Shown here: positions 17,295 through 27,984 of the stretch, one piece after another
Numbering within the stretch: the stretch's first letter is position 1
How the letters are laid out: each line of letters begins with the position of its first letter
DNA from: Acidimicrobiales bacterium
GTDB taxonomy: Bacteria; Actinomycetota; Acidimicrobiia; Acidimicrobiales; Bog-793
Direction: 5' to 3'
NCBI GenBank assembly: GCA_049523315.1
Contig: JBEKMZ010000004.1
Span: 15,980 to 79,979 of the forward strand
Length of the DNA: 64,000 bases
Made by a program: the position numbers and the translations under genes
Notes under the pieces: model-generated
Database searches by the model: none
What the model was told of the DNA's origin: nothing
The model's input: the letters and a program-made list of their open reading frames with translations, nothing else

Positions 17295-17588
17295 GCGGCG
17301 CTCCTCCGGTGTACACAACAGGTACGGTGGCGACGGTTGGACGCGGGCGACCACAAGATGAGCCCTGCACGATGTTAAGGGACGCTCTGTTCTCTTCGGT
17401 CCGTGCCAGCGGTGCGGTGCCCGCCCGAGCGCAGGTGATTGAGCCGTCTTCTTCTGGCGAGCACGGCCGGGCGGGCTTCTGGGTGACTCGATGGCCGGTG
17501 TTTCGACTACGCGTTCGCGCCTCACTGGATTCTGACAGTGTCACTGGCTGAGACCAGTGCGTGTCGGTTGACTGGACCGGTGTTGGAG

Positions 17589-18167
17589 ATGACCTACCGG
17601 ACGGATGTCCACAGCGGTGCCGGGGGCTTTGAGGCTGTCCGCGATCACTAGGAGGCGCTCACCTGCGACGCCCAGGTCTTCGTTCAGTTGCCAAAGTGGG
17701 TGGAGAACCTCGATCCCGAAGGGGTCATCTGGTTGTCGGTCACAGATTGCGACCGCCCTATCGCGGCGGCGGCCCGGCGCTTCCTCGTGAGCGTCGCAAG
17801 GTCGCGCCGCGTCGCGGTGCGGTCGCTGTTGATCGACGACCGTCCTGCGGCCGCCCAGCTCGCGGTCCAGGTACAAGACACCCTGTTCTTGATGGGGACC
17901 GCCTACGACGAGTCGGTGCAGCACCTGAGCCCCGGGGACATTCTCGTGGCTGACCTCATAACCAAGGCGTGTGACGATCCCACCATCAACAGGATCGACT
18001 GTTGGGAACGTGGCTGGCACGACCGCTGGGCCACAGTCACCGCGCCGATGTTCCGCCTCGTCGCCTTCAACCCGCGCTCGCCGACATGGCTCGTGGCGAA
18101 GGCGATCTGGACTGGGCTCGGCACTGTCGGCAAGCAACCGAGCCGCCTGGGCTTTGCCGGGTCGTAG
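17589..18167 (+). pseudogene. Decayed GNAT (Acetyltransf_6/CelD-BioF2-like) gene with in-frame TAG
   Basis: ATG at 17589 gives 'MTYRTDVHSGAGGFEAVRDH', then TAG at 17649-17651, and the same frame continues 'EALTCDAQVFVQLPKWVENL...LIDDRPAAAQLAVQ...LSPGDILVADLI...DCWERGWHDRWAT'. Only about 190 codons remain, where this family is normally about 350-400 as I remember it. Confidence 0.45.
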
Positions 18168-18196
18168 CCGGGCGCGCTCTCGGGACGGGTTCGCTA

Positions 18197-18988
18197 CTAG
18201 CCCGGCCAGTTCGCCTCGCGTCTGTCGACGAAAGCTGCAATGCCTTCGCGACGGTCAGCCGAGCCTGCCGCCTCCAGCCAAGCCGCGTGCTCCACCTCGA
18301 GCCCTTCGGCCAGGGGCCGGCCCGTTCCGAGCCGGATAGCGCGCTTTGCGGCCCGAACGGCAACCGGGGAGTTCACGGCGATCCGGCGGGCAATCGCCAG
18401 GGCCTCTGAGCGAGCACTTCCAGCAGGGACTTCGCGATCGACAAGGCCGAGACGGAACGCTTCGTCGACCTCGACGCGCCGACCGGTGAGGATGAGGTCG
18501 GTCGCGCCGGCCGAGCCCACCCGCCTTGGCAGCAACTGGGTGCCGCCTCCGCCTGGCACGAGGCCGACAGATACCTCGGGCAGGCCGAGAACCGCAGTCG
18601 CGTCGGCGACGATGAGATCGCACGAGAGGGCTATCTCGAGCCCACCCCCGAGGGCATAGCCGGCGACGGCAGCGATCGTGGCGACAGGGATCGAGAGGAG
18701 CCCTGTGAACATGGCCCGGATGAGCGGGCGCTGCTGCATCATCTCGTTGTCGCTGAATCGGTTGCGCTCCTTCAGGTCTGCCCCTACGCAAAAGGCGCGC
18801 TCGTTCGAAGACGAGATGACTACTGCGCGTATGCGGCCGTCATCGGCGAGCTGGGAGGCGATCGAGCTGAGCTCGATCGCCATCGCACTCGAGATGGCAT
18901 TTAGCTGGGCCGGCCGATTCAAGATGATCTCGGCGAGGTGACCCTCCCTGCGCAGCTCGACGAGACCGGAGCTGGCAGCTTTGCTCAT
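18197..18988 (-). CDS. Enoyl-CoA hydratase/isomerase family (likely methylglutaconyl-CoA hydratase)
   Basis: '[11 protein letters not shown]' and '[24 protein letters not shown]' are crotonase-fold signatures. The gene lies divergent to the methylcrotonyl-CoA carboxylase operon. Its ATG is at 18988. Confidence 0.85.
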   Translation of the reverse strand: MSKAASSGLVELRREGHLAEIILNRPAQLNAISSAMAIELSSIASQLADDGRIRAVVISSSNERAFCVGADLKERNRFSDNEMMQQRPLIRAMFTGLLSIPVATIAAVAGYALGGGLEIALSCDLIVADATAVLGLPEVSVGLVPGGGGTQLLPRRVGSAGATDLILTGRRVEVDEAFRLGLVDREVPAGSARSEALAIARRIAVNSPVAVRAAKRAIRLGTGRPLAEGLEVEHAAWLEAAGSADRREGIAAFVDRREANWPG

Positions 18989-19058
18989 CGCGACGACGTT
19001 AACGTTTCGTCCCGAGGGGGCGCAGCGCGCGGCCGGGGTTCGAGGAGGCCAGACCAGC

Positions 19059-20651
19059 TTGCACGACGAATCAGTTGAAGCAGCGGACACGGGTTCCGGC
19101 CCAAGAGCGTCGGGGCGCAGTTTGCGCGAGCTCACTGAGGAGCTTCGTGACCGCCTCTCGGTCATCCGCCGCGGTGGAACCGAAGCAGCCCGCGATCGCC
19201 ACCTGGCGCGCAACAAGCTGCTCGCCCGCGAGCGCATAGACCGTCTCGTCGACCCCGGGTCGCCGTTTCTCGAGCTGTCACCGCTTGCCGGCTACGAGCT
19301 TTATGACGAGGTGCTACCCGCCGCAGGCCTCATAACCGGGGTGGGACAGGTGTGTGACCGGCCGTGCATGATCGTCGCCAACGACGCCACCGTGAAGGGC
19401 GGGACCTACTTCCCGGTGACTGTGAAAAAGCACCTTCGCGCGCAGCACATCGCCGCCGAGAACCGTCTCCCTTGCTGCTACCTAGTCGACTCGGGCGGCG
19501 CCTACCTACCCTTGCAAGCCGAGGTGTTCCCGGACCGTGAGCACTTCGGCCGGATCTTTTTCAACCAAGCGCAGATGTCGGCTGCGGGCATCGCTCAGCT
19601 CGCGGCGGTGATGGGCTCGAGCACCGCGGGCGGGGCTTATGTCCCCGCGATGTGCGACGAGAACGTCATCGTCGCGGGCCAGGGGACGATCTTTTTGGGT
19701 GGCCCACCGCTCGTCAAAGCGGCGACGGGAGAGGTCGTCACCGCCGAGGAGCTCGGCGGAGGTGAGGTGCACGCCAGGTTGTCCGGCGTGGTGGACCATC
19801 TCGTGGCCGACGACGCCGAGGCGCTCTCGGTTCTCCGCTCGATAATCGAGACCCTGGAGCCACCGGGTCCTGTTGCTCTGGACCGGACCGACGCGGCTGA
19901 CCCCTTCGAGGACCCAGCCGGGATCTACGACGTGGTCCCCGGCGACCTGCGCACCGTATATGACGTGCGCGAGGTGATCCGCCGCATAGTCGATCGTTCG
20001 GAGCTCACAGAGTTCAAGGCGCTCTACGGTCCGACCCTCGTCTGCGGTTTCGCGAGGATCTACGGCTACCGGGTCGGGATCATCGCGAACAACGGCATCT
20101 TGTTCAGTGAAGCCGCGCTGAAAGGAGCGCACTTCATCGAGCTGTGCGCCCAGCGCAAGATCCCCCTCGTCTTCCTGCAGAACATCGCCGGTTTCATGGT
20201 CGGGCGCGAGTACGAGGCGCGGGGCATCGCGAAGGACGGGGCCAAGCTCGTCACCGCCGTCGCCTGCGCCGCAGTGGCGAAGTTCACCGTCATCATCGGG
20301 GGCTCGTTCGGAGCCGGCAACTACGCGATGTGCGGGCGCGCCTATGACCCCAGACTGCTGTTCATGTGGCCGAACGCGCGAATCTCGGTGATGGGTGGCG
20401 ATCAGGCGGCCACGGTTCTCGGTGCGGTCGGCCGCCCCGGATCGGCCACAGGCGCAGACCTCGAGGTCGACCCCGCCGGCGACTTGCGTGCCACCTACGA
20501 GAGGGAAGGGTCTCCTTACTACTCGAGCGCGCGGCTGTGGGACGACGGTGTGATCGACCCGGCCGATACGCGCCGGGTGCTCGGCATCGGGCTTGAGATC
20601 GCTGCCGGTGTCCCGACGAGCGCGACGCGGTTCGGGATCTTCCGGATGTGA
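19059..20651 (+). CDS. Methylcrotonyl-CoA carboxylase beta (carboxyltransferase) subunit
   Basis: '[31 protein letters not shown]' and '[26 protein letters not shown]' are acyl-CoA carboxylase CT-domain patterns. The start is uncertain (TTG at 19059 gives about 530 aa, and the ORF opens at 18981). Confidence 0.85.
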   Translation: MHDESVEAADTGSGPRASGRSLRELTEELRDRLSVIRRGGTEAARDRHLARNKLLARERIDRLVDPGSPFLELSPLAGYELYDEVLPAAGLITGVGQVCDRPCMIVANDATVKGGTYFPVTVKKHLRAQHIAAENRLPCCYLVDSGGAYLPLQAEVFPDREHFGRIFFNQAQMSAAGIAQLAAVMGSSTAGGAYVPAMCDENVIVAGQGTIFLGGPPLVKAATGEVVTAEELGGGEVHARLSGVVDHLVADDAEALSVLRSIIETLEPPGPVALDRTDAADPFEDPAGIYDVVPGDLRTVYDVREVIRRIVDRSELTEFKALYGPTLVCGFARIYGYRVGIIANNGILFSEAALKGAHFIELCAQRKIPLVFLQNIAGFMVGREYEARGIAKDGAKLVTAVACAAVAKFTVIIGGSFGAGNYAMCGRAYDPRLLFMWPNARISVMGGDQAATVLGAVGRPGSATGADLEVDPAGDLRATYEREGSPYYSSARLWDDGVIDPADTRRVLGIGLEIAAGVPTSATRFGIFRM

Positions 20652-22639
20652 GCAGCCACTTGCGCTACGAGCGGCTCCTAGTCGCCAACCGCGGTGAGAT
20701 CGCCGCCCGTGTGCTCCAAGCCGCGCGAGGCCTCGGCCTGTCGACAGTCGCGGTCTATTCAGAGGCGGACCGCGACGCGCCCTACGCCGGCCTTGCCGAC
20801 CTGTCCGTGTCGATCGGGCCCTCTGCTTCGGAACAGTCCTATCTGAGCCCTGCGGCTCTGATCGCGGCTGCGAAGCTCACCTCGGCCACAGCGATCCACC
20901 CTGGGTACGGCTTTTTGTCGGAGAGCGCTCCGTTCGCCCGGGCCTGTGTTGAGGCGGGCCTGGTATTTGTCGGTCCGCCAGCGTCGGTCATCGAGAAGAT
21001 GAGCCGGAAGGACGAGGCCCGCCGGATCGCGGAGAGCGCCGGTCTTCGCGTCCTTCCTGCCGCCGAGGGCGCGCATGACGACGAGCTTGTGGCGTCCGTC
21101 GTCGGAAAGATCGGCTTTCCTGCGCTCATCAAGGCGGTCGCCGGCGGAGGGGGAAAGGCGATGCACGTGGTCGCCGATGAGAAGGAGCTGCGCCGGGCGC
21201 TCGCCTCCGCCCGGCGTGAGGCCGAAGCGGCCTTCGGGGACGCCGCGGTGATGGTGGAGCGCTTCGTCGAGCACGGCCGCCACGTCGAGGTTCAAGTCGT
21301 CGCCGACGAGGCCGGCAACTTCGTTCATCTCTTCGAGCGTGACTGCTCGGTGCAGCGCCGCCACCAGAAGGTCATCGAGGAGGCCCCGGCGCCGGGCATC
21401 GATGAGGCCGTTCGCGACCGGCTTTGCGCCGACGCAGTGCGCCTGGCGCGTACGGTCGGCTACCTCAGCGTCGGCACCGTCGAATTCCTCGTCGCCGGCG
21501 GTGAGACCTACTTCTTGGAGATGAACACCCGACTCCAGGTCGAGCATCGCGTCACCGAGGCTGTCACTGGCCTGGATCTCGTCGGGTTGCAGCTCGAGAT
21601 CGCCCAGGGACTGCCCCTTCGCTTCACGCAGGCCGACGTCGCCTGCGCCGGCCACGCGATCGAGGTCCGGGTATATGCCGAGGACCCCGAGGCCGGGTTC
21701 CTGCCCCAGGCTGGGACTCCGAGCTTCGTCCGGTTCTCCGAGCACGCCCTCGTCGACGCATCGGTCAGCGAGGGACGCGCTGTCACCACCTTTTACGACC
21801 CGTTGCTCGCCAAGATCGTCGTCGCCGGCCCATCCCGCCGGGCGGCGCGCGACCGGCTCATCCGCGCCCTCGACGAGAGCGCAGTATTCGGCCTGAAGAC
21901 CAATCTCGGCTTCTGCAGGCGACTTGTCGCTTCACAGGTCTTCGCGGAGGCTGCGATCGACGTCAACACCTTGGACCGGGGACCAGTGCCAGCCTCCCGG
22001 GTAGATGGCTTCGCCGCCCTTGCGGTCGCCGCGAGCATATTGGTAGGCCGTGGATCTGACTCGCCACTCGGCGCCGCCGACGGTTGGCGGCTGGGCGGTC
22101 CGTCGGCACCGGTGACCCTTCAGCTGTGCGGAGAGGAGGGCGACCACGTGGTCGTCGTCGACCGCGAAGTGGGGACGGTCCGCTGTGGGGGTCACAACTT
22201 CGCGCTCGAGGTGCTCGAGCGGTCGGAGAGCCGCCTCAGATGCTCGATCGATGGGTCTATCGGCTCGTTTCATTTTGTCGCCGATCGAGCCAGCGTCACG
22301 ATCGGCTACCGGGGATCGACGTACGCATTCGACCTGTGGCGCCGCGCAGCGGCCTTGGCGGCGGCGCGTCCCGGCGGCGACCTCATCAGCGCTCCGATGC
22401 CCGGCGTCGTGCTCGAGCTCGAGGCGCGCCGAGGGGCGAGGGTGCGCGAGGGGGAAGTGCTCGCCGTGCTCGAGTCGATGAAGATGGAGTTCCCCCTGCG
22501 CACGCCACGAGATGGTGTCGTGGCCGAGGTGTGCGTCGCGAGGGGCGACCAGGTCGAGCTCGACGCGCCGTTGGTCCGCCTCGAGCCGCCCGAAGATGCC
22601 GGTGGCGAGCCGACAGATCGTCTCGAGGAAGGGGTGTGA
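20648..22639 (+). CDS. Methylcrotonyl-CoA carboxylase alpha (biotin carboxylase + BCCP) subunit
   Basis: '[13 protein letters not shown]', '[10 protein letters not shown]' and '[14 protein letters not shown]' mark the ATP-grasp biotin carboxylase. The C-terminal biotinyl-Lys motif is 'LESMKMEF'. It shares a 4-nt overlap with the upstream gene. Confidence 0.9.
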   Translation: MSSHLRYERLLVANRGEIAARVLQAARGLGLSTVAVYSEADRDAPYAGLADLSVSIGPSASEQSYLSPAALIAAAKLTSATAIHPGYGFLSESAPFARACVEAGLVFVGPPASVIEKMSRKDEARRIAESAGLRVLPAAEGAHDDELVASVVGKIGFPALIKAVAGGGGKAMHVVADEKELRRALASARREAEAAFGDAAVMVERFVEHGRHVEVQVVADEAGNFVHLFERDCSVQRRHQKVIEEAPAPGIDEAVRDRLCADAVRLARTVGYLSVGTVEFLVAGGETYFLEMNTRLQVEHRVTEAVTGLDLVGLQLEIAQGLPLRFTQADVACAGHAIEVRVYAEDPEAGFLPQAGTPSFVRFSEHALVDASVSEGRAVTTFYDPLLAKIVVAGPSRRAARDRLIRALDESAVFGLKTNLGFCRRLVASQVFAEAAIDVNTLDRGPVPASRVDGFAALAVAASILVGRGSDSPLGAADGWRLGGPSAPVTLQLCGEEGDHVVVVDREVGTVRCGGHNFALEVLERSESRLRCSIDGSIGSFHFVADRASVTIGYRGSTYAFDLWRRAAALAAARPGGDLISAPMPGVVLELEARRGARVREGEVLAVLESMKMEFPLRTPRDGVVAEVCVARGDQVELDAPLVRLEPPEDAGGEPTDRLEEGV

Positions 22640-23610
22640 GCGTGCACGACACGGAGGAGTCCGGCAAGCCCCGACGCGATCGCAGCCGGGTCCGACTGAA
22701 CGGATTGCCGGCCGAGGTCACCTTGTACGAGGTCTCCCCGCGCGACGGCTTGCAGAACGAGAGCGTCGTGGTCCCGGTCGCGGCGAAGCTTGAGCTGATC
22801 TCGCGCCTTTTAGGCGCGGGGCTTCGCTCTCTTGAGGTGACGAGCCTCGTGCGCCCTGACCGGGTGCCTCAGCTCGCCGACGGCGACGAGCTCCTGGCGC
22901 GCCTCGAGCGCCCCGACGGGGTCCGCCTCGGGGTGCTCGTCCCCAACCTGCGCGGGCTCGAGCGGGCGATGGCGGCGTCGGTCCGCGAGATAGCGGTGTT
23001 CGCGAGCGCGACCGAGTCGTTCGCGATGGCGAACCTGCACCGGAGCCGGCGCGATTCGATGGCTATCTTTGCCGAGGTCGCATCGAAGGCCCGTGACGCC
23101 GGGATGGCGGTCCGCGGCTACGTCTCGATGTGCTTTGGGGACCCGGACGAAGGCGCAGTCGCGCTGGGCGATGTCGTGGCGGTGGTGAGCGAGCTGTTCG
23201 ACATGGGCTGCTACGAGGTGAGCGTCGCGGACACGATCGGGGTGGCGGCCCCCGGCCAGGTCCACGAGCTGTTGGACGCGCTCGACCGGGCCGGGATCGA
23301 CAGAGGCTCTATCGCCGTGCACTTCCATGACACCTACGGACAGGCGCTAGCGAACACGCTCGCCGCGCTCATGGGCGGGGTGACTACGGTCGACTCGTCC
23401 GCGGGCGGCCTCGGAGGCTGTCCCTACGCGAAAAGCGCCACCGGAAATCTTGCCAGCGAGGACCTCGTGTTCATGCTCGACGGTCTCGGGATAGCGACCG
23501 GCGTCGACCTCGCGGCACTCGTCGAGACTTCCAGGTGGATGGCTGCACAATTGGGCCGGCCGTCGCCCTCCAGGGTCGTCGCCGCGATGGGGGAGGAGAC
23601 GAGACTGTGA
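22636..23610 (+). CDS. Hydroxymethylglutaryl-CoA lyase
   Basis: 'VTLYEVSPRDGLQNE' and 'HFHDTYGQALANTLAAL..GV..VDSSAGGLGGCPYA' are HMGL-like signatures. A GTG start (22636 or 22642) overlaps the upstream stop. Confidence 0.85.
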   Translation: MSVHDTEESGKPRRDRSRVRLNGLPAEVTLYEVSPRDGLQNESVVVPVAAKLELISRLLGAGLRSLEVTSLVRPDRVPQLADGDELLARLERPDGVRLGVLVPNLRGLERAMAASVREIAVFASATESFAMANLHRSRRDSMAIFAEVASKARDAGMAVRGYVSMCFGDPDEGAVALGDVVAVVSELFDMGCYEVSVADTIGVAAPGQVHELLDALDRAGIDRGSIAVHFHDTYGQALANTLAALMGGVTTVDSSAGGLGGCPYAKSATGNLASEDLVFMLDGLGIATGVDLAALVETSRWMAAQLGRPSPSRVVAAMGEETRL

Positions 23611-24788
23611 GTGCCGCGTTCGACCACCGGCTGCCGGAGGTGCTAGCCGAGTTCCAAGCCGTTGTGCGCCGCTTCGCGCGGGAGGAGGTGGCACCGGTCA
23701 TAGGCGATCTCTACGAGCGAGGCGAGTTCCCCTACGGCCTTGTCGCGAAGATGGCGGCGATGGGGCTTTTCGGCCTGCCGTTCCCCGAGGAGTACGGCGG
23801 GATGGGAGCGGGCCCGCTCGCGCTGCCGGTCGCCTTGGAGGAGCTCGCCCGCGTCGACTCGTCGGTCGCGGTCACCCTAGAGGCGGCGATCAGCCTCTCC
23901 GCGATGCTCATCTTCCGTTTCGGCACCGAGGATCAGCGCCAGCGCTACCTTCCCCCGCTCGCAAGAGGCGAGAGGCTCGCCGCCTTCGCCCTCACCGAGC
24001 CCGGGGGAGGCTCCGACGCCGCGGCTTTGAGGACCGTCGCCCGCCGGGAGGGCGACGAGTACGTGTTGAGCGGGACCAAGGCTTTCATCACGAACTCGGG
24101 CACCGACATCACCTCGCTCTTGATTGTCGCGGCGGTGACCGGGAGCCAGGCGGGCGGGCGCTCGGAGATCTCCTCTTTCATTGTCCCGGCGGACACGCCA
24201 GGCCTTCTCGTCGGAAAGAAGTACTCGAAGGTGGGTTGGCTGGCTTCCGACACCCACGAGTTGGCCTTCGCGGACTGCCGGGTCCCTGCGGAGAACCTTC
24301 TCGGGGCCGAGGGCCGCGGCTACGCGCAGTTCCTCGAGGTGCTCGACGAGGGCCGCATCGGCGTTGCCGCCATCGCCGTCGGGCTCGCGCAGGGTTGCGT
24401 GGACGAGTCGGTCCGATACTGCTCGGAGCGCGAGGCCTTCGGGCACCGGATCGGGGAGTACCAGGCGATCCGCTTCAAGATCGCCGACATGGAGGCCAGG
24501 GCGCACACGGCCCGCCTCGCCTATCTGCACGCCGCGTCCAAGCATGCGTATGGCGAGCCGTACAAGAAGGAGGCGGCCATCGCCAAGCTCGTCGCATCCG
24601 ACGCCGCCGTGCTGAACGCTCGTGAGGCGACGCAGATCTTCGGTGGCTACGGGTTCGTCAACGACACGCCCGTCGCCCGGTTCTGGCGCGACGCGAAGAT
24701 CCTCGAGATCGGCGAGGGCACGAGCGAGGTGCTGCGGATGCTGATCGCCCGCGAGCTGGGTGTTGGCAATCCCGGCGCTGAGAGATGA
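23607..24788 (+). CDS. Acyl-CoA dehydrogenase (isovaleryl-CoA dehydrogenase by context)
   Basis: 'FALTEPGGGSDAAAL' and 'QIFGGYGFVNDTPVARFWRDAKILEIGEGTSEV' are ACAD signatures. A GTGA overlap joins it to the HMG-CoA lyase stop. Confidence 0.85.
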   Translation: MSAAFDHRLPEVLAEFQAVVRRFAREEVAPVIGDLYERGEFPYGLVAKMAAMGLFGLPFPEEYGGMGAGPLALPVALEELARVDSSVAVTLEAAISLSAMLIFRFGTEDQRQRYLPPLARGERLAAFALTEPGGGSDAAALRTVARREGDEYVLSGTKAFITNSGTDITSLLIVAAVTGSQAGGRSEISSFIVPADTPGLLVGKKYSKVGWLASDTHELAFADCRVPAENLLGAEGRGYAQFLEVLDEGRIGVAAIAVGLAQGCVDESVRYCSEREAFGHRIGEYQAIRFKIADMEARAHTARLAYLHAASKHAYGEPYKKEAAIAKLVASDAAVLNAREATQIFGGYGFVNDTPVARFWRDAKILEIGEGTSEVLRMLIARELGVGNPGAER

Positions 24789-26788
24789 GCGAGCTGTTGT
24801 GGGAGCCGCCGGAGGAACGGCGCCGGTCCTCGCTCCTCGCCCGGTACCTCGAGTTCCTGCGGCGGGACGGGGGGGACTTCGCTAGCTACGAGGAGCTGTG
24901 GCGATGGTCCGTCACGGACCTCGAAAGCTTCTGGTCCTCGATCTGGCGCTTTTTCGATGTGGGCGCTCCGGCCCCGACAAAGGTGCTCTCGGACCGGTCC
25001 ATGCCGGGTTGCAGATGGTTCCCCGAGGCCAGTTTGAACTACGCCGAGCAGGCGCTCAGGAAAAGGGAAACGGCCGACGGCATGGCGGCGGGTGACCGGC
25101 CGGCGGTCATCTCGTTGTCCCAGACGCGCGGCCCGGTCGAGTTCTCCTGGCCCGATCTCGCCGACGCGGTAGCCCGTGCGCGTGCAGGCTTGCTCACCCT
25201 CGGAGTGGCCAAGGGCGACCGGGTGGTCGGCTACCTCCCGAACATCGCCGAGACCATCGTGGCATTCCTCGCAACCGCCGGCATCGGGGCCGTTTGGTCG
25301 TCCTGCCCGCCTGAGTTCGGCCCGCGCAGCGTCCTGGAGCGGTTCTCGCAGCTCGAGCCCAAGGTCCTCCTCGCCGTCGACGGCTACCGCTACGGCGAGA
25401 AGACGATCGAGCGCGTGCAAGACGTCGTTGCGATACGAGAGGGGTTGCCGTCGCTCGAGGCAACTGTCATCTTGTCCTATCTGGGCACGAAGTCACCTGC
25501 GGGCGCGATCGGGTGGGATGCGCTCGTCGCGTCGGGGACGGCTCCCGACGCCGTCCTGGTGCCTTTCGATCACCCCTTGTACGTGCTGTTCTCCTCGGGC
25601 ACGACGAGGAGGCCGAAGGCCATCGTCCACAGCCACGGCGGGATCGCTCTCGAACATCTGAAGGCCATCGGTCTCCAGAGCGACCTGACGGCGACGGACC
25701 GGTTCTTCTGGTACTCGACGACCGGATGGATGATGTGGAACTTCCTCGTGTCGGGTCTCCTCCTCGGAGCGTCCGTCGTGTGTTTCGACGGAGACCCGGG
25801 GTATCCGGGCCTGTCGGCGCTCTGGTCGATGGCCGAGGAGAACGAGGTGACGTACTTCGGCACGAGCGCCCCCTACCTGATGGCCTGCAAACGTAAGGGC
25901 TTGCGCCCCGGCACCGAGTTCGACCTGTCGCGTCTTCGCTCTGTCGGCTCGACCGGATCGCCACTACCGGCCGAGGGCTACCGCTGGGTGTACCAGGAGG
26001 TAGGGGCTGACCTGCAGCTGGCCTCGGTCAGCGGCGGCACCGACGTGTGCACCCCCTTCGTCGGCGCGAGCCCCCTCCACTCGATATATGCCGGGCGCAT
26101 ACCGTGCCGTTACCTCGGTGCGGCGGTGGAGGCTTACTCGCCCGACGGCCGCCCGCTCGTGGGCGAGGTCGGTGAACTGGTCCTGACGGCCCCGATGCCG
26201 TCCATGCCGCTAGGGCTTTGGGGTGACGGCGACGGCGCGCTCTACCGGGCGGCCTATTTCGACAGGTTCCCCGGTGTCTGGCACCACGGCGACTGGATCA
26301 CGGTCTTTGAGGACGGGTCGTGCGAGATCACCGGCCGTTCGGATGCAACGCTCAATCGAGGCGGCGTTCGGATCGGCACCGGTGAGCTCTACGCAGTCGT
26401 GGAAAGCATCGCGGGCATAGAGGACAGCCTCGTGCTTCACCTGGAAGACCCCGACGGCGGGCCCGGCCGCATAGCCCTCTTCGTCGTGCTCGCAGACGGC
26501 ACCGAGCTCGACGAGACCCTCGTCGGGCGCATCCGCGCCGAGCTCTCGGCACAACTCTCGCCGCGGCACGTGCCCGACATCGTCCAAGCCGTGCCCCGCG
26601 TGCCGCGCACGCTCTCGGGCAAGAAGCTCGAGGTGCCGGTGAAACGGATCCTCATGGGCGCGCAAGCGGAAAAGGTCGCCAGTGCCGAGTCCCTCCTCGA
26701 CCCGCGCTCTCTCGAGGTGTTCCTGGACGCGGCACGGCCCGCTATCTCCGGTGGGAAAGACGCGACGCCCGGGGGCTCCGCGACCTAG
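24785..26788 (+). CDS. Acetoacetate-CoA ligase (acetoacetyl-CoA synthetase)
   Basis: The N-terminus 'YEELWRWSVTDLESFWSSIWRFFDV' is typical of acetoacetyl-CoA synthetases. 'LFSSGTTRRPKAIVHSHGG' is the AMP-binding motif. An ATGA overlap joins it to the upstream gene. Confidence 0.9.
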   Translation: MSELLWEPPEERRRSSLLARYLEFLRRDGGDFASYEELWRWSVTDLESFWSSIWRFFDVGAPAPTKVLSDRSMPGCRWFPEASLNYAEQALRKRETADGMAAGDRPAVISLSQTRGPVEFSWPDLADAVARARAGLLTLGVAKGDRVVGYLPNIAETIVAFLATAGIGAVWSSCPPEFGPRSVLERFSQLEPKVLLAVDGYRYGEKTIERVQDVVAIREGLPSLEATVILSYLGTKSPAGAIGWDALVASGTAPDAVLVPFDHPLYVLFSSGTTRRPKAIVHSHGGIALEHLKAIGLQSDLTATDRFFWYSTTGWMMWNFLVSGLLLGASVVCFDGDPGYPGLSALWSMAEENEVTYFGTSAPYLMACKRKGLRPGTEFDLSRLRSVGSTGSPLPAEGYRWVYQEVGADLQLASVSGGTDVCTPFVGASPLHSIYAGRIPCRYLGAAVEAYSPDGRPLVGEVGELVLTAPMPSMPLGLWGDGDGALYRAAYFDRFPGVWHHGDWITVFEDGSCEITGRSDATLNRGGVRIGTGELYAVVESIAGIEDSLVLHLEDPDGGPGRIALFVVLADGTELDETLVGRIRAELSAQLSPRHVPDIVQAVPRVPRTLSGKKLEVPVKRILMGAQAEKVASAESLLDPRSLEVFLDAARPAISGGKDATPGGSAT

Positions 26789-26816
26789 CGGGCCCAAGTC
26801 CCGCTCGGCAACCACG

Positions 26817-27908
26817 GTGCTAACTTGGCCGTGGAGAGGAGCAGACACGGAGACATATCGGATCGCAGTCATCCCGGGCGACGGCATCGGAGTGGAAGTA
26901 ATCTCCGGTGGCCTCACCGTGCTTCGGCGGGCAGCCGAGCTAACCGGAAGCTTCGCCATTGAGCCTACCGAGTACCCGTGGTCGTGTGAGTGGTACCTGG
27001 CCCATGGCGCGATGATGCCTGAGGACGGCCTCGAACAACTTCGCGACTCAGACGCTATTTATCTAGGGGCCGTCGGGTACCCCGGTGTGGCTGACCACGT
27101 CTCGCTGCGTGGCCTCCTCCTGCCGATTCGTGTCAACTTCGACCAATACGTCAACCTTCGGCCGATCGAGTTGTTCGAAGGTATCTCCGGCCCATTGCGG
27201 GATCTCGGCCCGTCGGATCTCAACATCCTCTGCGTACGAGAGAACACTGAGGGCGAATACGCGGGTATCGGCGGTCGATTTCGGGAGGGACATCCTGACG
27301 AGACGGCGATCCAAACTTCCGTCTTCACTCGGCGGGGTATCGAACGCGTAGCGCGCTTCGCCTTCGAAAAGGCGCGGCTCCGGCGAAGAAGGTTGGCCAG
27401 CGCTACCAAGTCCAATGCCCTCCAGTACACCGCTGTGCTGTGGGACGAGGTCGTCGCTCAAGTCGCCGATGAGTTCCCGGACGTGGAAGTGACCAAGTAC
27501 CACATCGACGCGCTCGCGGCGAAGTTCGTCTCGGCTCCCGCTGCGCTCGACGTGGTTGTGGGCAGCAACCTTTTCGGCGATATCCTCACCGACCTCGGCG
27601 GGGCTTTGCAGGGTTCGCTCGGCCTTCCCGCTGGCGCCAATCTCAACCCCGAGCGCCTATTCCCCAGCATGTTCGAACCGATACACGGTTCGGCGCCCGA
27701 CATCGCTGGGCAAGGCGTTGCTAATCCGATGGCAGCTGTCTGGGCGGGAGCAATGATGCTTGAGCATCTGGGCGAACAAGAAGCCGCGCGGATCGTCATG
27801 ACCGAACTTCGCCGGGTCGCAAGGGATGGTCCACGAACAGCCGACCTTGGCGGCACGGCCACCACTGCCGAAGTTGTGCAAGCGATCACAACTGCCCTCG
27901 AAAGGTGA
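26817..27908 (+). CDS. Tartrate dehydrogenase/decarboxylase-like (isocitrate/isopropylmalate dehydrogenase family)
   Basis: 'YRIAVIPGDGIGVEV', 'NLRPIELFEGI' and 'NLFGDILTDLGGALQGSLGLPAGANLNP' support the family. The start codon is ambiguous (GTG at 26817 without an SD, see the findings). Confidence 0.85.
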   Translation: MLTWPWRGADTETYRIAVIPGDGIGVEVISGGLTVLRRAAELTGSFAIEPTEYPWSCEWYLAHGAMMPEDGLEQLRDSDAIYLGAVGYPGVADHVSLRGLLLPIRVNFDQYVNLRPIELFEGISGPLRDLGPSDLNILCVRENTEGEYAGIGGRFREGHPDETAIQTSVFTRRGIERVARFAFEKARLRRRRLASATKSNALQYTAVLWDEVVAQVADEFPDVEVTKYHIDALAAKFVSAPAALDVVVGSNLFGDILTDLGGALQGSLGLPAGANLNPERLFPSMFEPIHGSAPDIAGQGVANPMAAVWAGAMMLEHLGEQEAARIVMTELRRVARDGPRTADLGGTATTAEVVQAITTALER

Positions 27909-27984
27909 TCTTCGGCGCTGAGGGGATCTCGAGCGTGGGCGACTCCGGCTGGCCACAGGCCCAGAGGTGATTGAAGCGCTCGAG

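Noticed and set aside
17541-18137. A 198-aa minus ORF opposite the GNAT fragment
   Set aside because: The plus-strand frame carries recognisable Acetyltransf_6-type motifs. The minus frame has no motifs and typical shadow composition.
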